From Candidatus Moanibacter sp. (GTDB lineage: Bacteria; Verrucomicrobiota; Verrucomicrobiia; Opitutales; UBA2987): DNA of 64,000 bases. Both the position numbers and the translations under genes were made by a program. Within the stretch, counting starts at the first letter, position 1. Each line of letters begins with the position of its first letter. Where the stretch lies: the NCBI GenBank assembly GCA_965215885.1, contig CBDCEW010000084.1, positions 12,361 to 76,360 of the forward strand, read 5' to 3'. The notes under the pieces are model-generated. The model worked only from the letters and a program-made list of their open reading frames with translations, had not been told where the DNA came from and ran no database searches. Positions 1 to 9,914 of this stretch are shown here, piece by piece.

Positions 1-1452
1 CGCATCGATGCCGCGGCGGCCGAGTTCGCCAAAGGCAAATCCATCTTTAATCGTGAACATCAGCGACTCCACTGCGGAGCGATTGCGGCGTGCCTCGCGA
101 TACGCCTCGCTCTCCCGGTCCTCGGGGGTGGTCAACTTCTTGCCCTTCGCCCCACTGATACTGATCTGCTTTACCCCCATGCCCAGCACCTCCTTGCGCC
201 CCTTCGCCGAAGCATATCCGTCATCGGTGCTGATCAGTTCAGCAATGACACCGGTGCGCTTGATCGAATCGCCGATGGCCGGCGCCAGCTCAATGGAGTC
301 TGCCGCATTGCCTTGCGGTACGATCAAGCTGGTGACAAAACCGTTTTCGCTGCGAACCAGTTGTGGCTTGTACCCGATGACTGGATTGCGGCTGCCCTTC
401 TTGATGTAGACCGCCGATCCGTCCGACAGGCTCAGGACCTTCTGCGTGGACGGTAGCTTCTTTTCGTGAAACACCCGATCATGAGCATACTCAACAACCC
501 GCTTGGCGTCGGCAATATCGCGCCTGATCTGGCTCAATACCCGCTTCAGAAGCTCCCGGCGAGTGGGAGGCAGTGAATCCATCGACAGGCCCTCTTCAAG
601 ATGGCTCAGTTCCCCCGTTAGTGAGTCGGCCGCCTTGTGGCCCCGCTTGAGCAACCGCCGGTAGTGTTTCTTCAGCTTGCCCTTCGACTTCGGTTTGCCC
701 GCGGCCAGACAAATCTGAAACTCCAGCTTGTCCATCTCCTGCAGCCAACGCCCAACCCATCCCTTGCGAAAATCCTCCAGCCCGAATATATGCAACTTCT
801 GACCCAAACGATTGGCCCGCATCAAAAGACCGCTCAGAATCCTCCCATCGGTGGGCCAGCAGCTGTTTGCTTTCACCGAGGTGCTGTCGATCGTCAGCTT
901 CCCGAAATCGTCCCATTGCTCCTGGAGGATAAACCCAATCTGTTTATCAAAGATCAGCTCGCGGGTCCTATGGCTGACCAGGTTCACGTTCTCCAGAATC
1001 GTCGTCACCGCCGGCATCCTCAGTCCCCGCCTCTGAAGAAATCCGTACAAGCTCATCGACTCGCGCAGAAACCGCCGTGCCGGTTTCGTGGTCAACGAAC
1101 CGAGAAACCCACGAATCATCACGAACACGTATACCGCATAAGCCGGCATCCGCGGCCGGCCTACCGCAAGATTCAATTCAGCAGCCAGAATATTCTCCTC
1201 CTCGATGTCCAGCTCCGGCAGCTCCGCTGTGCGCCCTTCAAAGAACCTTCGATCTTCCAATCGAAGTTTCTTCTTCTCACGCGCATGGGCGTCCAGATCC
1301 TTCTCGATCGCCTCGATGATTTGCGCCGCGAACCCGGCCAATTCTTCAACTTCATCCAGAAAATCACGAAAATCCGTGTCTGGAACCGGCAGAATGAGGT
1401 TGCTAAGGGGCGTCTTGTCGCTTTTGTTCTCCTCTGTCGCACATGTTGGCAT
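1..1452 (-). CDS. DDE transposase (IS5/ISNCY-like), 3' end outside window
   Basis: Same frame as copy 2. Starts MPTCATEE at 1452 and has the IDSTSVKANSCWPTD motif. I saw no in-frame stop at the positions that differ from copy 2. Confidence 0.8.
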   Translation of the reverse strand, partial: MPTCATEENKSDKTPLSNLILPVPDTDFRDFLDEVEELAGFAAQIIEAIEKDLDAHAREKKKLRLEDRRFFEGRTAELPELDIEEENILAAELNLAVGRPRMPAYAVYVFVMIRGFLGSLTTKPARRFLRESMSLYGFLQRRGLRMPAVTTILENVNLVSHRTRELIFDKQIGFILQEQWDDFGKLTIDSTSVKANSCWPTDGRILSGLLMRANRLGQKLHIFGLEDFRKGWVGRWLQEMDKLEFQICLAAGKPKSKGKLKKHYRRLLKRGHKAADSLTGELSHLEEGLSMDSLPPTRRELLKRVLSQIRRDIADAKRVVEYAHDRVFHEKKLPSTQKVLSLSDGSAVYIKKGSRNPVIGYKPQLVRSENGFVTSLIVPQGNAADSIELAPAIGDSIKRTGVIAELISTDDGYASAKGRKEVLGMGVKQISISGAKGKKLTTPEDRESEAYREARRNRSAVESLMFTIKDGFAFGELGRRGIDA

Positions 1453-1595
1453 GTTTAACTCATTTCTTAATCTTAAGTTGTTAAACACTAGTATGTTACG
1501 ACACTTTTTATCAAGCCGAAAAACTGATTTTTCTCAAGTTTTTCTTGCGCCTTTTGCGCCTCTTTGCGGCCAATCAGTAGCTTTTCGGATAAGGT
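1..1595 (-). mobile_element. IS5/ISNCY-like insertion sequence, copy 1 (runs off the window start)
   Basis: Near-identical to 58014..59607 (offset 58013 through the CDS). Ends in CTTTTCGGATAAGGT (1581-1595) followed by CTAG. Confidence 0.9.
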
Positions 1596-1624
1596 CTAGC
1601 TCTATCTTTAAACGATTCATTTAG

Positions 1625-2988
1625 CAATTTTGCATCCTCAAAAAAAATGCACTGAAATCGAGCAACTTCCGAAAATGGTACGATAAAGATCAAGCCAATT
1701 ATACCGGCCCCTAGTCCTGGTGGCATATCCGCTCGGGCATGCTGCCAGCATTGCATACTTGCGGGCAAACCTCAAGAGATGTGAGCTTTGGCGCAATCTC
1801 GAGCGAAGACAGGCTGTGTTTCTCCCCGCATTCGCTACCAATTCGTCTCCATCTTCTTAACTCCGTTTGCGCCAAAGCCGTGAAATCTTCAGGCTAGTGA
1901 AGAACCCTGCCGAATTCCCGCTTGACTTTACCGTAGGGTGTGAAATCGACTGGTCGCATGCATCTGGTTTGCCTGGACCTGGAAGGCGTCCTCCTTCCCG
2001 AAATCTGGATCGCGGTCGCGGAAAAGACCGGTATTGCTGAACTCAGGCGAACCACCCGCGATGAGCCCGATTATGACAGGTTGATGCGTTTCCGGCTGGA
2101 TATTCTCTCTCGTCACAACATTGGAATCGACCTGATACAAGAGGCCATCGGCTCACTGGAGCCACTCCCGGGCGCGCTGGATTTTACCCGTTGGTTAATA
2201 TCGGAAACTCGACTCGTTGTTCTCTCCGATACCTTTGCGGAATTTGCCGCTCCCCTCATGAAGCAGCTGGGTTATCCAACCCTCTTCTGCCACAATCTCG
2301 TGATCGATGATTGCGGCCGAATTGTTGACTACCGGCTGCGGCAACAGGATCAGAAACGAAATGCAGTCATCGCTTTTCAAAAGTTGAACTTCGAGGTCAT
2401 CGCCGCGGGAGATTCTTACAACGACCTGAGCATGCTCCAAGCCGCTGACCATAGTATTCTCTTTTGTCCTCCGGACAGGATGCAGACGGAATATCCCGAC
2501 TTTCCCGTCACAACCGACCACTCCGAGCTTCGCGCACGAATCGAAGAGCTCATCTGATACCCCGCCTCCTCTCGGGATACGGAACACTCTTGTTTGAGCG
2601 TTCCATAAATCTGATATTGAGATCTCTATTTACCGTTGCCGGCTTGTTTTATCCAAGCCGATAAAGGTATCGCGCGGCGGAACGGCGGCGGGCTGAAGGG
2701 AGTCAGCTTTTTATGAGTGTCGTTCAACCCGTTCGCTTAACTTCCTCTTTCTTATTGAGAGGATTTTTTGCCATAAAATCCTATTCCGATAAGAAATGCT
2801 AAGGACAATAGTGAAATGATGATGCCAATAAGAAAAACCGGCCTGTCAACCTTGAATACCACATCATGTTCACCTGCAGGTAAAAGAAGCCCTCTGAATA
2901 GGTGGTTGACTGGATACACCCGGGTAGGTTTGCCATCCAGTTGACCTTTCCAAAGAGGATAGTATGCGTCAGTCAGAACTAACACTCC
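1625..2988. repeat. 1364-bp inverted duplication, copy A (partner 31319..32682)
   Basis: Matching coordinates sum to 34307 throughout. Only about 3 substitutions noticed. Confidence 0.95.
1958..2557 (+). CDS. thrH: phosphoserine phosphatase / homoserine phosphotransferase ThrH (HAD family)
   Basis: Motifs CLDLEGVLLPEIW, TTRDEPDYD, LSDTF and AAGDSYND. ATG at 1958 preferred over GTG at 1940. Confidence 0.92.
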   Translation: MHLVCLDLEGVLLPEIWIAVAEKTGIAELRRTTRDEPDYDRLMRFRLDILSRHNIGIDLIQEAIGSLEPLPGALDFTRWLISETRLVVLSDTFAEFAAPLMKQLGYPTLFCHNLVIDDCGRIVDYRLRQQDQKRNAVIAFQKLNFEVIAAGDSYNDLSMLQAADHSILFCPPDRMQTEYPDFPVTTDHSELRARIEELI

Positions 2989-4060
2989 GGGGTTTTTCAA
3001 CTTTGCCTTGATTTGACCCTCTGGGTTGAATATACTGTAATCACCGGGAGTTCGTGTTTTGCAGGTTTTACAGGTAATTTCTGTTCGACCACAGCCATTT
3101 TAAAGGAATCAGGTATCTGAATACTTTTTCAAAGCGGCCTATATAAAAAATGGCACCTGCAATCAGGCAAAAACCCGCCAATTGAGAGTTTTATCGAAGA
3201 GCTCGGCCTTTATATATGGGGCACTGAATAGGGACGCCTGGTCATAGGTTCGAGTAAGAATTGCAGGATCATTAGGAGGTAAAATCTGATAAACTCGCTC
3301 GCCCCAGGCACTGGATTGATTGACCAGGTTCAACTAAAAGTGAGAATTTCCGCCTTCAGGTGGATAGCCTAGTCCGAGAAGAAACAGTAAGAAAGTCAAA
3401 ATACATCCCGTAGCAATCAAGCATTTCTTGAGTTCAGCCTTCGACCAATTTTGATTTAATGCAAATGCCGTCACCAAAGCAGAACCAAGCATGTAGAAGA
3501 TAAGAAATCGCTGTAAGGAAAGATCTCCCAAAGATACCAACGGCCCCAGTAGGATCCGGCTGTGCCATCACCAAAAAAGAACGGGCAGATTGCTGTTATG
3601 AGATTTTCTGGCGGCAACGAATAGCTACAGGCGAATTCATAATCAACTTCTCTGGATCGGTGGGAATATCTCGTGAAATAGGCTGTTGGAATGGTTTGAA
3701 TGGCGGCAATTACTAGGCTGAAGATGCTGGCCAATCCCAGTTTTCCCAGATTAACGACACTTTCATGTAGGTTTGTTTTCCGGATCAGAATCCAGGCAAC
3801 CCAATAAAAGAAAAGAATCAGCCCAGTAAAATATGTGTACTGCGGATAACCAGCCAGTAGCTGTATTCCCAATAGCCCACCCGTATAAATGGCATCCTTC
3901 CAGGAATTGTTTCGCAGAGATTTGTCCCAGAAAAGCAAAATAACCGGAATCCAGGGACAGGTATTCACAAAACCTAAGTGGCCAGCATACAGGCGAATTG
4001 TAAACACCCCTGACAATGAGAAAACTGCAGCCCCGGTAAATGGCCCAAACCTGTGCTACA
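2752..4060 (-). pseudogene. YfhO-family membrane protein (GT-C), fragmented
   Basis: Fragments 3471..4016 (QLLAGYPQY, AAIQTIPT, SLPPENL), 3334..3540 and 2752..3000 (LVLTDAYYPLWK...LPAGEHDVVF). Frame changes, 5' truncation, and far shorter than a full YfhO. Confidence 0.8.
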
Positions 4061-4200
4061 GCAGGTGGCATCAGATCGGCAAGATAAGCATTAAAGTGGT
4101 AAATTTTAGAAAAACAGATTCGCCAAATCAGAAGAACCTTTGTTGATTATCAGCGAGTTACCGAGCCGATTTTCTCCATTTTCATAACCGGATAACAAGC

Positions 4201-4722
4201 ATGAAGCTTTCATCTGAACCAGACGGATCGACGACAATAAAGCAGTGCGGTGAATCGGTCGTGGCAAATCGCACGACCCTCTTCATTTTTCTTCTTCTCG
4301 CAGCGATTGTTACTCTTTACTGGCGCACTCTGTCCTACACTATTCATGAATTAGACGATGCGGATCAGCTTTTATATGTCAGGAATTTCTCGAGTGTGGC
4401 CGATTGTTTCGGACGCGATTTTGGATATCTCTACCGTCCGGTTAAGAATCTCTACTTTTTTCTTTTCGATCAGTGGTTTCCTGAGAATTACCTCGTGTGG
4501 CGTGCGGGAGTACTGGCAATGGTCTCTACCTTTGCCATTCTCCTCGTTCACTTTTACCGGTCGATTCTTCCTTCGCGTAAATGGGCTTTTGTGGCCGTAG
4601 CGGTGTATTTTGCGACACCCGCACATGCCTCGGCAATCTCTTGGTTGAGCACGGTGCACATGATCGTATGTGCCATTGCGCTGCTAAGCTTTATCGCCTC
4701 TGGTGCGCGTTACTTGCGCTGA
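4201..4722 (+). pseudogene. truncated membrane glycosyltransferase-like protein (PMT/TMTC-like N-terminus)
   Basis: TM helix, then LDD...YRPV, then more TMs and a P-x-H...ISW motif. Stops after 173 aa. Confidence 0.6.
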
Positions 4723-5169
4723 ATCTGATAGAGATACTTCTGCGAATCCATCCGAAGAATTCTCGCTTAATAGAAATTCGAGACAGCTATCGGCATCTCA
4801 TGGTTCATCCGGTCGTTGAGCCTTAGCGAAAAGGAGGAATCCCCAGCGTTTTGGAATCCACCTGCGTTCCCACCGGTTGCACATGTCGGATAGATTCCAG
4901 CTCAAACAGGCAAGATCCATCTTTTGAAAAATCCGCTGGGCGCTTCCGTAGTTACTTCGCGCCAGGCTTTGGACGACGGGTTGACCCGCGATGTATCTAA
5001 ACAGACCCACGTTAAATCTTGCGTCATGGGTTAAGCCAGAAAAAGGTAGACTTCGGCCTCCGGGCGGCGTCAGACCGCTTCCGGAGGCCGAGGTTCACCA
5101 TTGCTCGGATATGTTGAATGCCGTATTAAGTACTAAGACCCTTATAGAAAGCGGAGAAACCCAATTCTC

Positions 5170-6447
5170 ATGAGCTTGGAAACCGCATTCACCCTGGACA
5201 CCTCCAGTATCAAATACGGTCCTGGAGTCACCGCGGAAGTCGGCCACGATATTGCACAGCTGAACGCGCGGCGCGTCATGGTGCTGACCGATCCGAACCT
5301 TAAAGAGAGCGAGCCCGTGACTGTCACCTTGGAGGCTTTGAAAAAGGAGGGGATAGATGGCGTCCTATACGACCAGGTTCGGGTCGAACCGACAGATGAG
5401 TCATTTAAAGAAGCGAGTAAATTTGCCGTGGACGGCAGCTTCGACGGCTTTATAACCGTCGGCGGCGGCTCGACTATGGATACGGGAAAAGCAGCCAACC
5501 TCTACTCCACCTATCCCGCGGATTTCTTCGCTTACGTCAATCCGCCTATCGGTGACGGCCGGCCTGTTCCTGGGCCCCTCAAACCGCACATCGCGATACC
5601 GACCACCGCGGGAACGGGAAGCGAAACTACCGGAATCGCCATCTTTGATTTTCACGACATCAAAGCTAAAACAGGAATCGCCCACCGCGCTCTTCGTCCT
5701 CGCATGGGTATAATTGACCCGCACAACATCCGGACTCTACCCAGGATGGTAGCCGCCTGCACCGGACTGGATGTTTTGAGCCATGCCGTCGAATCCCTGA
5801 CAGCTTTACCCTTTCACGAGCGCCCCGCACCCGATCATCCGGGACTGCGTCCCGCTTACCAGGGCGCAAACCCCATCAGCAGCGTATGGGCTGTGCGCGC
5901 TATCGAATTAGTCACCGATTACATCCTGCGCGCTGTCCATGATCCCTCCGACGACGAGGCTCGAGGTCAGATGCTGCTGGCTGCCACATTCGCCGGAATC
6001 GGATTCGGTAACGCCGGTGTCCACCTGCCTCACGGAATGTCCTACCCCGTCGCCGGACTAGTCCGCGACTTCTCGCCCGACGGCTATTCTGTCGATCACC
6101 CGATTATTCCTCACGGGATGTCCGTCATTCTGAACGCCCCCGCGGTATTTCGCTTTACAGCTCCGGCGAATCCCACCGTGCACCTCGAAGCCGCCCGCCT
6201 CATGGGTGTCGACACATCAGAAGCCGAGGAAGAGCACGCCGGCAAACTCCTTGCCGGAGCCGTCGTCGATTTGATGAAAAAGCTCGAAATTCCCAACGGG
6301 CTTCAAGCAGTCGGCTACACCATGAACGATCTGGACAACCTCGTCGAAGGAACGCTGCCACAACATCGGGTGACTAAACTTTCACCAAGACCGGCCTCCG
6401 CTGAAGACCTCAAGCAACTCTTTAGAGATTCGATGAGATGCTGGTAG
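5170..6447 (+). CDS. hydroxyacid-oxoacid transhydrogenase (iron-containing alcohol dehydrogenase family)
   Basis: Motifs GGGSTMDTGK, PTTAGTGSETTG, KTGIAHRALRP, GFGNAGVHLPHGMSYP and HG metal ligands. Confidence 0.9.
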   Translation: MSLETAFTLDTSSIKYGPGVTAEVGHDIAQLNARRVMVLTDPNLKESEPVTVTLEALKKEGIDGVLYDQVRVEPTDESFKEASKFAVDGSFDGFITVGGGSTMDTGKAANLYSTYPADFFAYVNPPIGDGRPVPGPLKPHIAIPTTAGTGSETTGIAIFDFHDIKAKTGIAHRALRPRMGIIDPHNIRTLPRMVAACTGLDVLSHAVESLTALPFHERPAPDHPGLRPAYQGANPISSVWAVRAIELVTDYILRAVHDPSDDEARGQMLLAATFAGIGFGNAGVHLPHGMSYPVAGLVRDFSPDGYSVDHPIIPHGMSVILNAPAVFRFTAPANPTVHLEAARLMGVDTSEAEEEHAGKLLAGAVVDLMKKLEIPNGLQAVGYTMNDLDNLVEGTLPQHRVTKLSPRPASAEDLKQLFRDSMRCW

Positions 6448-6497
6448 GTGAAATCCTTGTGATTACAAAAGTACGTCGTCCCGAGCCCTGCGAGGAT

Positions 6498-6562
6498 CGA
6501 AAAGCTTCCGCTTTCCGCTACATTCCGAATCCAAGTGTGTAGCGGAAAGCGGAAGCTTTTCG
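6498..6562. repeat. perfect 25-bp inverted repeat; GTAG-type REP doublet
   Basis: CGAAAAGCTTCCGCTTTCCGCTACA, 15-nt spacer, then TGTAGCGGAAAGCGGAAGCTTTTCG, lying between convergent genes. Confidence 0.8.
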
Positions 6563-6722
6563 TCCGGTCGCTGCCGCAAGTTTCAACCCGGATTGATCAG
6601 GCGACATCCCGCGCCCCGGGGGCCCGACTGACCTGAAACTTCAATGTGGGTGCGGGTTTCCGGGCGATGGCGGCCGAAATTTTCAGTCCTTTCGAGGGCG
6701 GAATTTGCCGATCCAGGAGTAC

Positions 6723-9700
6723 CTATCCGCGCGCCTCTCCGATCTTCGCTCTCCTGGATGAAGGTTGCTCTACTGCTCCCTGCTCGACCTCAAGGTGGTA
6801 GCCGAAACCGTAAATGCGCGAGAGCGCAATCTTGATATCTTCCAGAATCAGGTAATTGATCGGAACCAGGAGGAGCGTAATAAAAGTGGCGAAGAGGACG
6901 CCGAATCCTAACGACACTGCCATCGGGATGAGAAACTGAGCCTGTGTGAGCTTTTCGAATATCAAGGGAGTGAGCCCACAAAACGTCGTCAGCGACGTCA
7001 GAAGTATCGGCCTGAAGCGAACCACTCCCGCTGTCCGCACCGCATCGATGAGAGTCATTCCCTTGCCCCGCTGCCGATTCACATAGTGGACCAGCACCAG
7101 ACTATCATTTACCACCACCCCGGTCAAAGCGAGCATTCCGAAGAGACTCATCTGGCTGAGCGGTTTTCCCACGATCATATGTCCCAGGACCGCTCCCACG
7201 AGGCCGAACGGAATGACAAACATCACGATTAAGGGTTGTACATACGACCGAAAGGGAATAGCCATGATACCGTAAATCGCAAAGAGCGTGAAATAGAGGC
7301 CGGAAACTAAAGAACTCGAGGATTCCCTCTCCTCCCGCGCCTCCCCCTGAAGGGACCAGTTTACCCCGGGGTGGGCCGCCACCAATCCCGGAAGAAATCT
7401 CGCCAGATCGCTCTGAATGCCCGGCAGATCGACTTTCTCCTTGTTGGCATCGGCGCGAATATTGATCGTCCGATTGCGATCAACGCGTAGGATATTGGAA
7501 AAACTCCGGCCCATTTCCGCATCGGCCACGGATGAAAAAGGCACCTCCACTCCGTCTGGTGTTCTGATTTTCATCGTTTCCAAGCTTCCGAGAGACTTGC
7601 GCTCCTCCATGGGATAGCGGACCATGACGCGAACATCGTCCCGGCCCCTGGGGATACGCTGTGCCTCCTGTCCAAAAAAAGCATACCGCACTTGCCGGGC
7701 CAGATCGGCCATGGTCAGACCGAGTAGCTCCGCCTCCGGCTTGATGCTCAGCTTTACCTCCTGCTTGCCATCTTCGTAGGTGTCAGTGATGTCGAAGACC
7801 TCCGGATACTCGTTAAGCCTATCCTTTACCTCGTCAGCCAATACCGAAAGGACCTCGAAATCCGGACCGGTCAGCTGAACATCGATCGGATCTCCCCGAC
7901 GTCCGATCTCCGCGCGAAAATTCAACTCCTGAGCTCCTGCAATCGGCCCGATCATCTTTCTCCATTCACCTACCAGTTCATTGCTGGTCACGTCCTGTTT
8001 ACGATCTTCCGGTGCCACGATTTCAAACGTGACCTCTCCGATGTGCGACTGGCCGCCCCTCGTTGGTCCCGATCCCCCATATACGCTGAGGATGTTCTCG
8101 ATCACACTCTCGCCGGTTTCAGGGTCTCTGTACTTCTCCCGCAATCGTTCCGCGGCACTCTCAATTTTCTCGGTACGGGATGCTGTAATATCGAAAGGCG
8201 TCCCCAGCGGCATCAGGAGATAGGCCCGGGCGCTCTCACTCTGAATGCGCGGAAATGAAACAAAGCGTACACGGCCGCCCATGATCATCCCGGCCATGAG
8301 AATAAAAATGCCGACAAAAGAGGCCAAAGTCAGATAGCGCCGGTTGAGAGCGAAAGCGAGCACCGGCCGGTAGCACGTATCAATCAGATACTCCAACCCG
8401 TTTGCGAACCACCTCTGTAAACCGGTCCATCCTCCCGCCTTCGAAGCCTCATTCCCGAGCGTTCTCATGTGTTTCAAGTGAGCGGGAAGGACAAGCTTCG
8501 ATTCAACCAGGGAAAAGAAGAGAACCGGGATGACAATGAGCGGAATCTGCATGATGAACGCTCCCCGCCTGCCCTCGATCATCAGCAGCGGGAGGAATGC
8601 CACCATCGTTGTCACAACCCCGAAAATGACAGGCACTGCTACGGCCTTTGTTCCCTCGATCGATGCCTCCAGAGGCGCACGCCCCTCCTCCATGTAACGG
8701 TATACGTTCTCTCCCGTCACAATCGCATCATCCACAACGATCCCGAGAACCATGATAAAGGCGAAGAGACTGATGATATTTATGGTGATGCCGAGGTAAG
8801 GCATCGTCGATATCGCTCCGAGAAAGGCGACGGGGATGCCCACGCACACCCAAAAGGAGACGACCGGCCTCAGAAACAGGGTCAGGATCAAAGCCACTAG
8901 GAAGAATCCCATCGTGGCGCTATCGCGAAGAGTCGAGAGACGCGCCTTCACGATTTCCGATCGATCTCTCCAATAAGAGAGTTCGACTCCCGACGGCATT
9001 CGCTCCTGCGCCTGTTTGATATATCCGCGCACCGCCTCAGAGATTTCAATCGCATTCTGCCCACCCACACGGTAAACTTGAACTACGACGGCGGGCTCCC
9101 CATTATAGCGAATAAAGAGGGGGTCCTCCTCAAATTCGTCCTTCACCTGCGCGATTTCTCCCAAAGTGATGTGGGTGCCGTCATCCCGGGCCAGCACAAC
9201 AATCTTTTCAAAATCCTCTCGCACATAGGCTCGTCCCTTCGTCCGCAAGAGAATATCGCCGGCATCGGAACGGATGACGCCCGCCGGAAGATCGAGAGAA
9301 GTCCGACGAATCGCCTGGGAGATGCTAGTAAAAGTGAGTCCATACTGACGGAGCGTGCTCTCCGAGATTTCGATCCCAATCTCATAAGGGCGAATGCCCC
9401 CGAGAACGACTTGCGTTACACTGGGAAGATTTGCGATTTCATCCCGCACCTGTTCTCCCAGGGCATGTAAATCGTGTTCGGACAGTTGGCCGGCGATCGT
9501 TACTTTTATTACATCCCGCCGCCTCTGCCTCAATTGGATTCGCGGCCGCTCAATTTCTTCGGGAAATGTGTTGATGGCATCGACCCGATTCTTAACGTCG
9601 TCAAGCAGCTCGCGGGGTTCGTACCCATCATCAACCTCGATACTGACCCGCCCAGACCCCTCCGAGGAGGTCGAAGTAATCTCCTTGATTCCCTCCAGGT

Positions 9701-9914
9701 CCTGGATCGCCTCCTCAATGCGAACGACGACCGATTCCTCCACTTCCGCCGGTGTGGCGCCGCGATGTTGCACATTCACGGTAATCATATCGGGTGCGAT
9801 GTCCGGGAAGACCTCGACTGGAATCTTGTAGGCCAACGCGTACACGCCCATCGCCACCATCGCTGCCAGCAGCAGGTTAGCCGCCACAGAATTTCTTGCA
9901 AACCATGCAATCAT
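6723..9914 (-). CDS. RND efflux transporter permease (AcrB/AcrD/AcrF family)
   Basis: 1063 aa; motifs GIVVDDAIVTGEN, GVVVNDSLVLV and RFRPILLTSLTT. Confidence 0.95.
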   Translation of the reverse strand: MIAWFARNSVAANLLLAAMVAMGVYALAYKIPVEVFPDIAPDMITVNVQHRGATPAEVEESVVVRIEEAIQDLEGIKEITSTSSEGSGRVSIEVDDGYEPRELLDDVKNRVDAINTFPEEIERPRIQLRQRRRDVIKVTIAGQLSEHDLHALGEQVRDEIANLPSVTQVVLGGIRPYEIGIEISESTLRQYGLTFTSISQAIRRTSLDLPAGVIRSDAGDILLRTKGRAYVREDFEKIVVLARDDGTHITLGEIAQVKDEFEEDPLFIRYNGEPAVVVQVYRVGGQNAIEISEAVRGYIKQAQERMPSGVELSYWRDRSEIVKARLSTLRDSATMGFFLVALILTLFLRPVVSFWVCVGIPVAFLGAISTMPYLGITINIISLFAFIMVLGIVVDDAIVTGENVYRYMEEGRAPLEASIEGTKAVAVPVIFGVVTTMVAFLPLLMIEGRRGAFIMQIPLIVIPVLFFSLVESKLVLPAHLKHMRTLGNEASKAGGWTGLQRWFANGLEYLIDTCYRPVLAFALNRRYLTLASFVGIFILMAGMIMGGRVRFVSFPRIQSESARAYLLMPLGTPFDITASRTEKIESAAERLREKYRDPETGESVIENILSVYGGSGPTRGGQSHIGEVTFEIVAPEDRKQDVTSNELVGEWRKMIGPIAGAQELNFRAEIGRRGDPIDVQLTGPDFEVLSVLADEVKDRLNEYPEVFDITDTYEDGKQEVKLSIKPEAELLGLTMADLARQVRYAFFGQEAQRIPRGRDDVRVMVRYPMEERKSLGSLETMKIRTPDGVEVPFSSVADAEMGRSFSNILRVDRNRTINIRADANKEKVDLPGIQSDLARFLPGLVAAHPGVNWSLQGEAREERESSSSLVSGLYFTLFAIYGIMAIPFRSYVQPLIVMFVIPFGLVGAVLGHMIVGKPLSQMSLFGMLALTGVVVNDSLVLVHYVNRQRGKGMTLIDAVRTAGVVRFRPILLTSLTTFCGLTPLIFEKLTQAQFLIPMAVSLGFGVLFATFITLLLVPINYLILEDIKIALSRIYGFGYHLEVEQGAVEQPSSRRAKIGEARG

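Noticed and set aside
637..1458. Long plus-strand ORFs in the IS copies (also 58677..59471) and other long antisense ORFs such as 9474..10436
   Set aside because: Antisense shadows of recognisable genes, with no motifs of their own.
1625..1940. tRNA or riboswitch in the duplicated intergenic region
   Set aside because: No cloverleaf or recognisable aptamer. No rRNA or tRNA was seen anywhere in the window.
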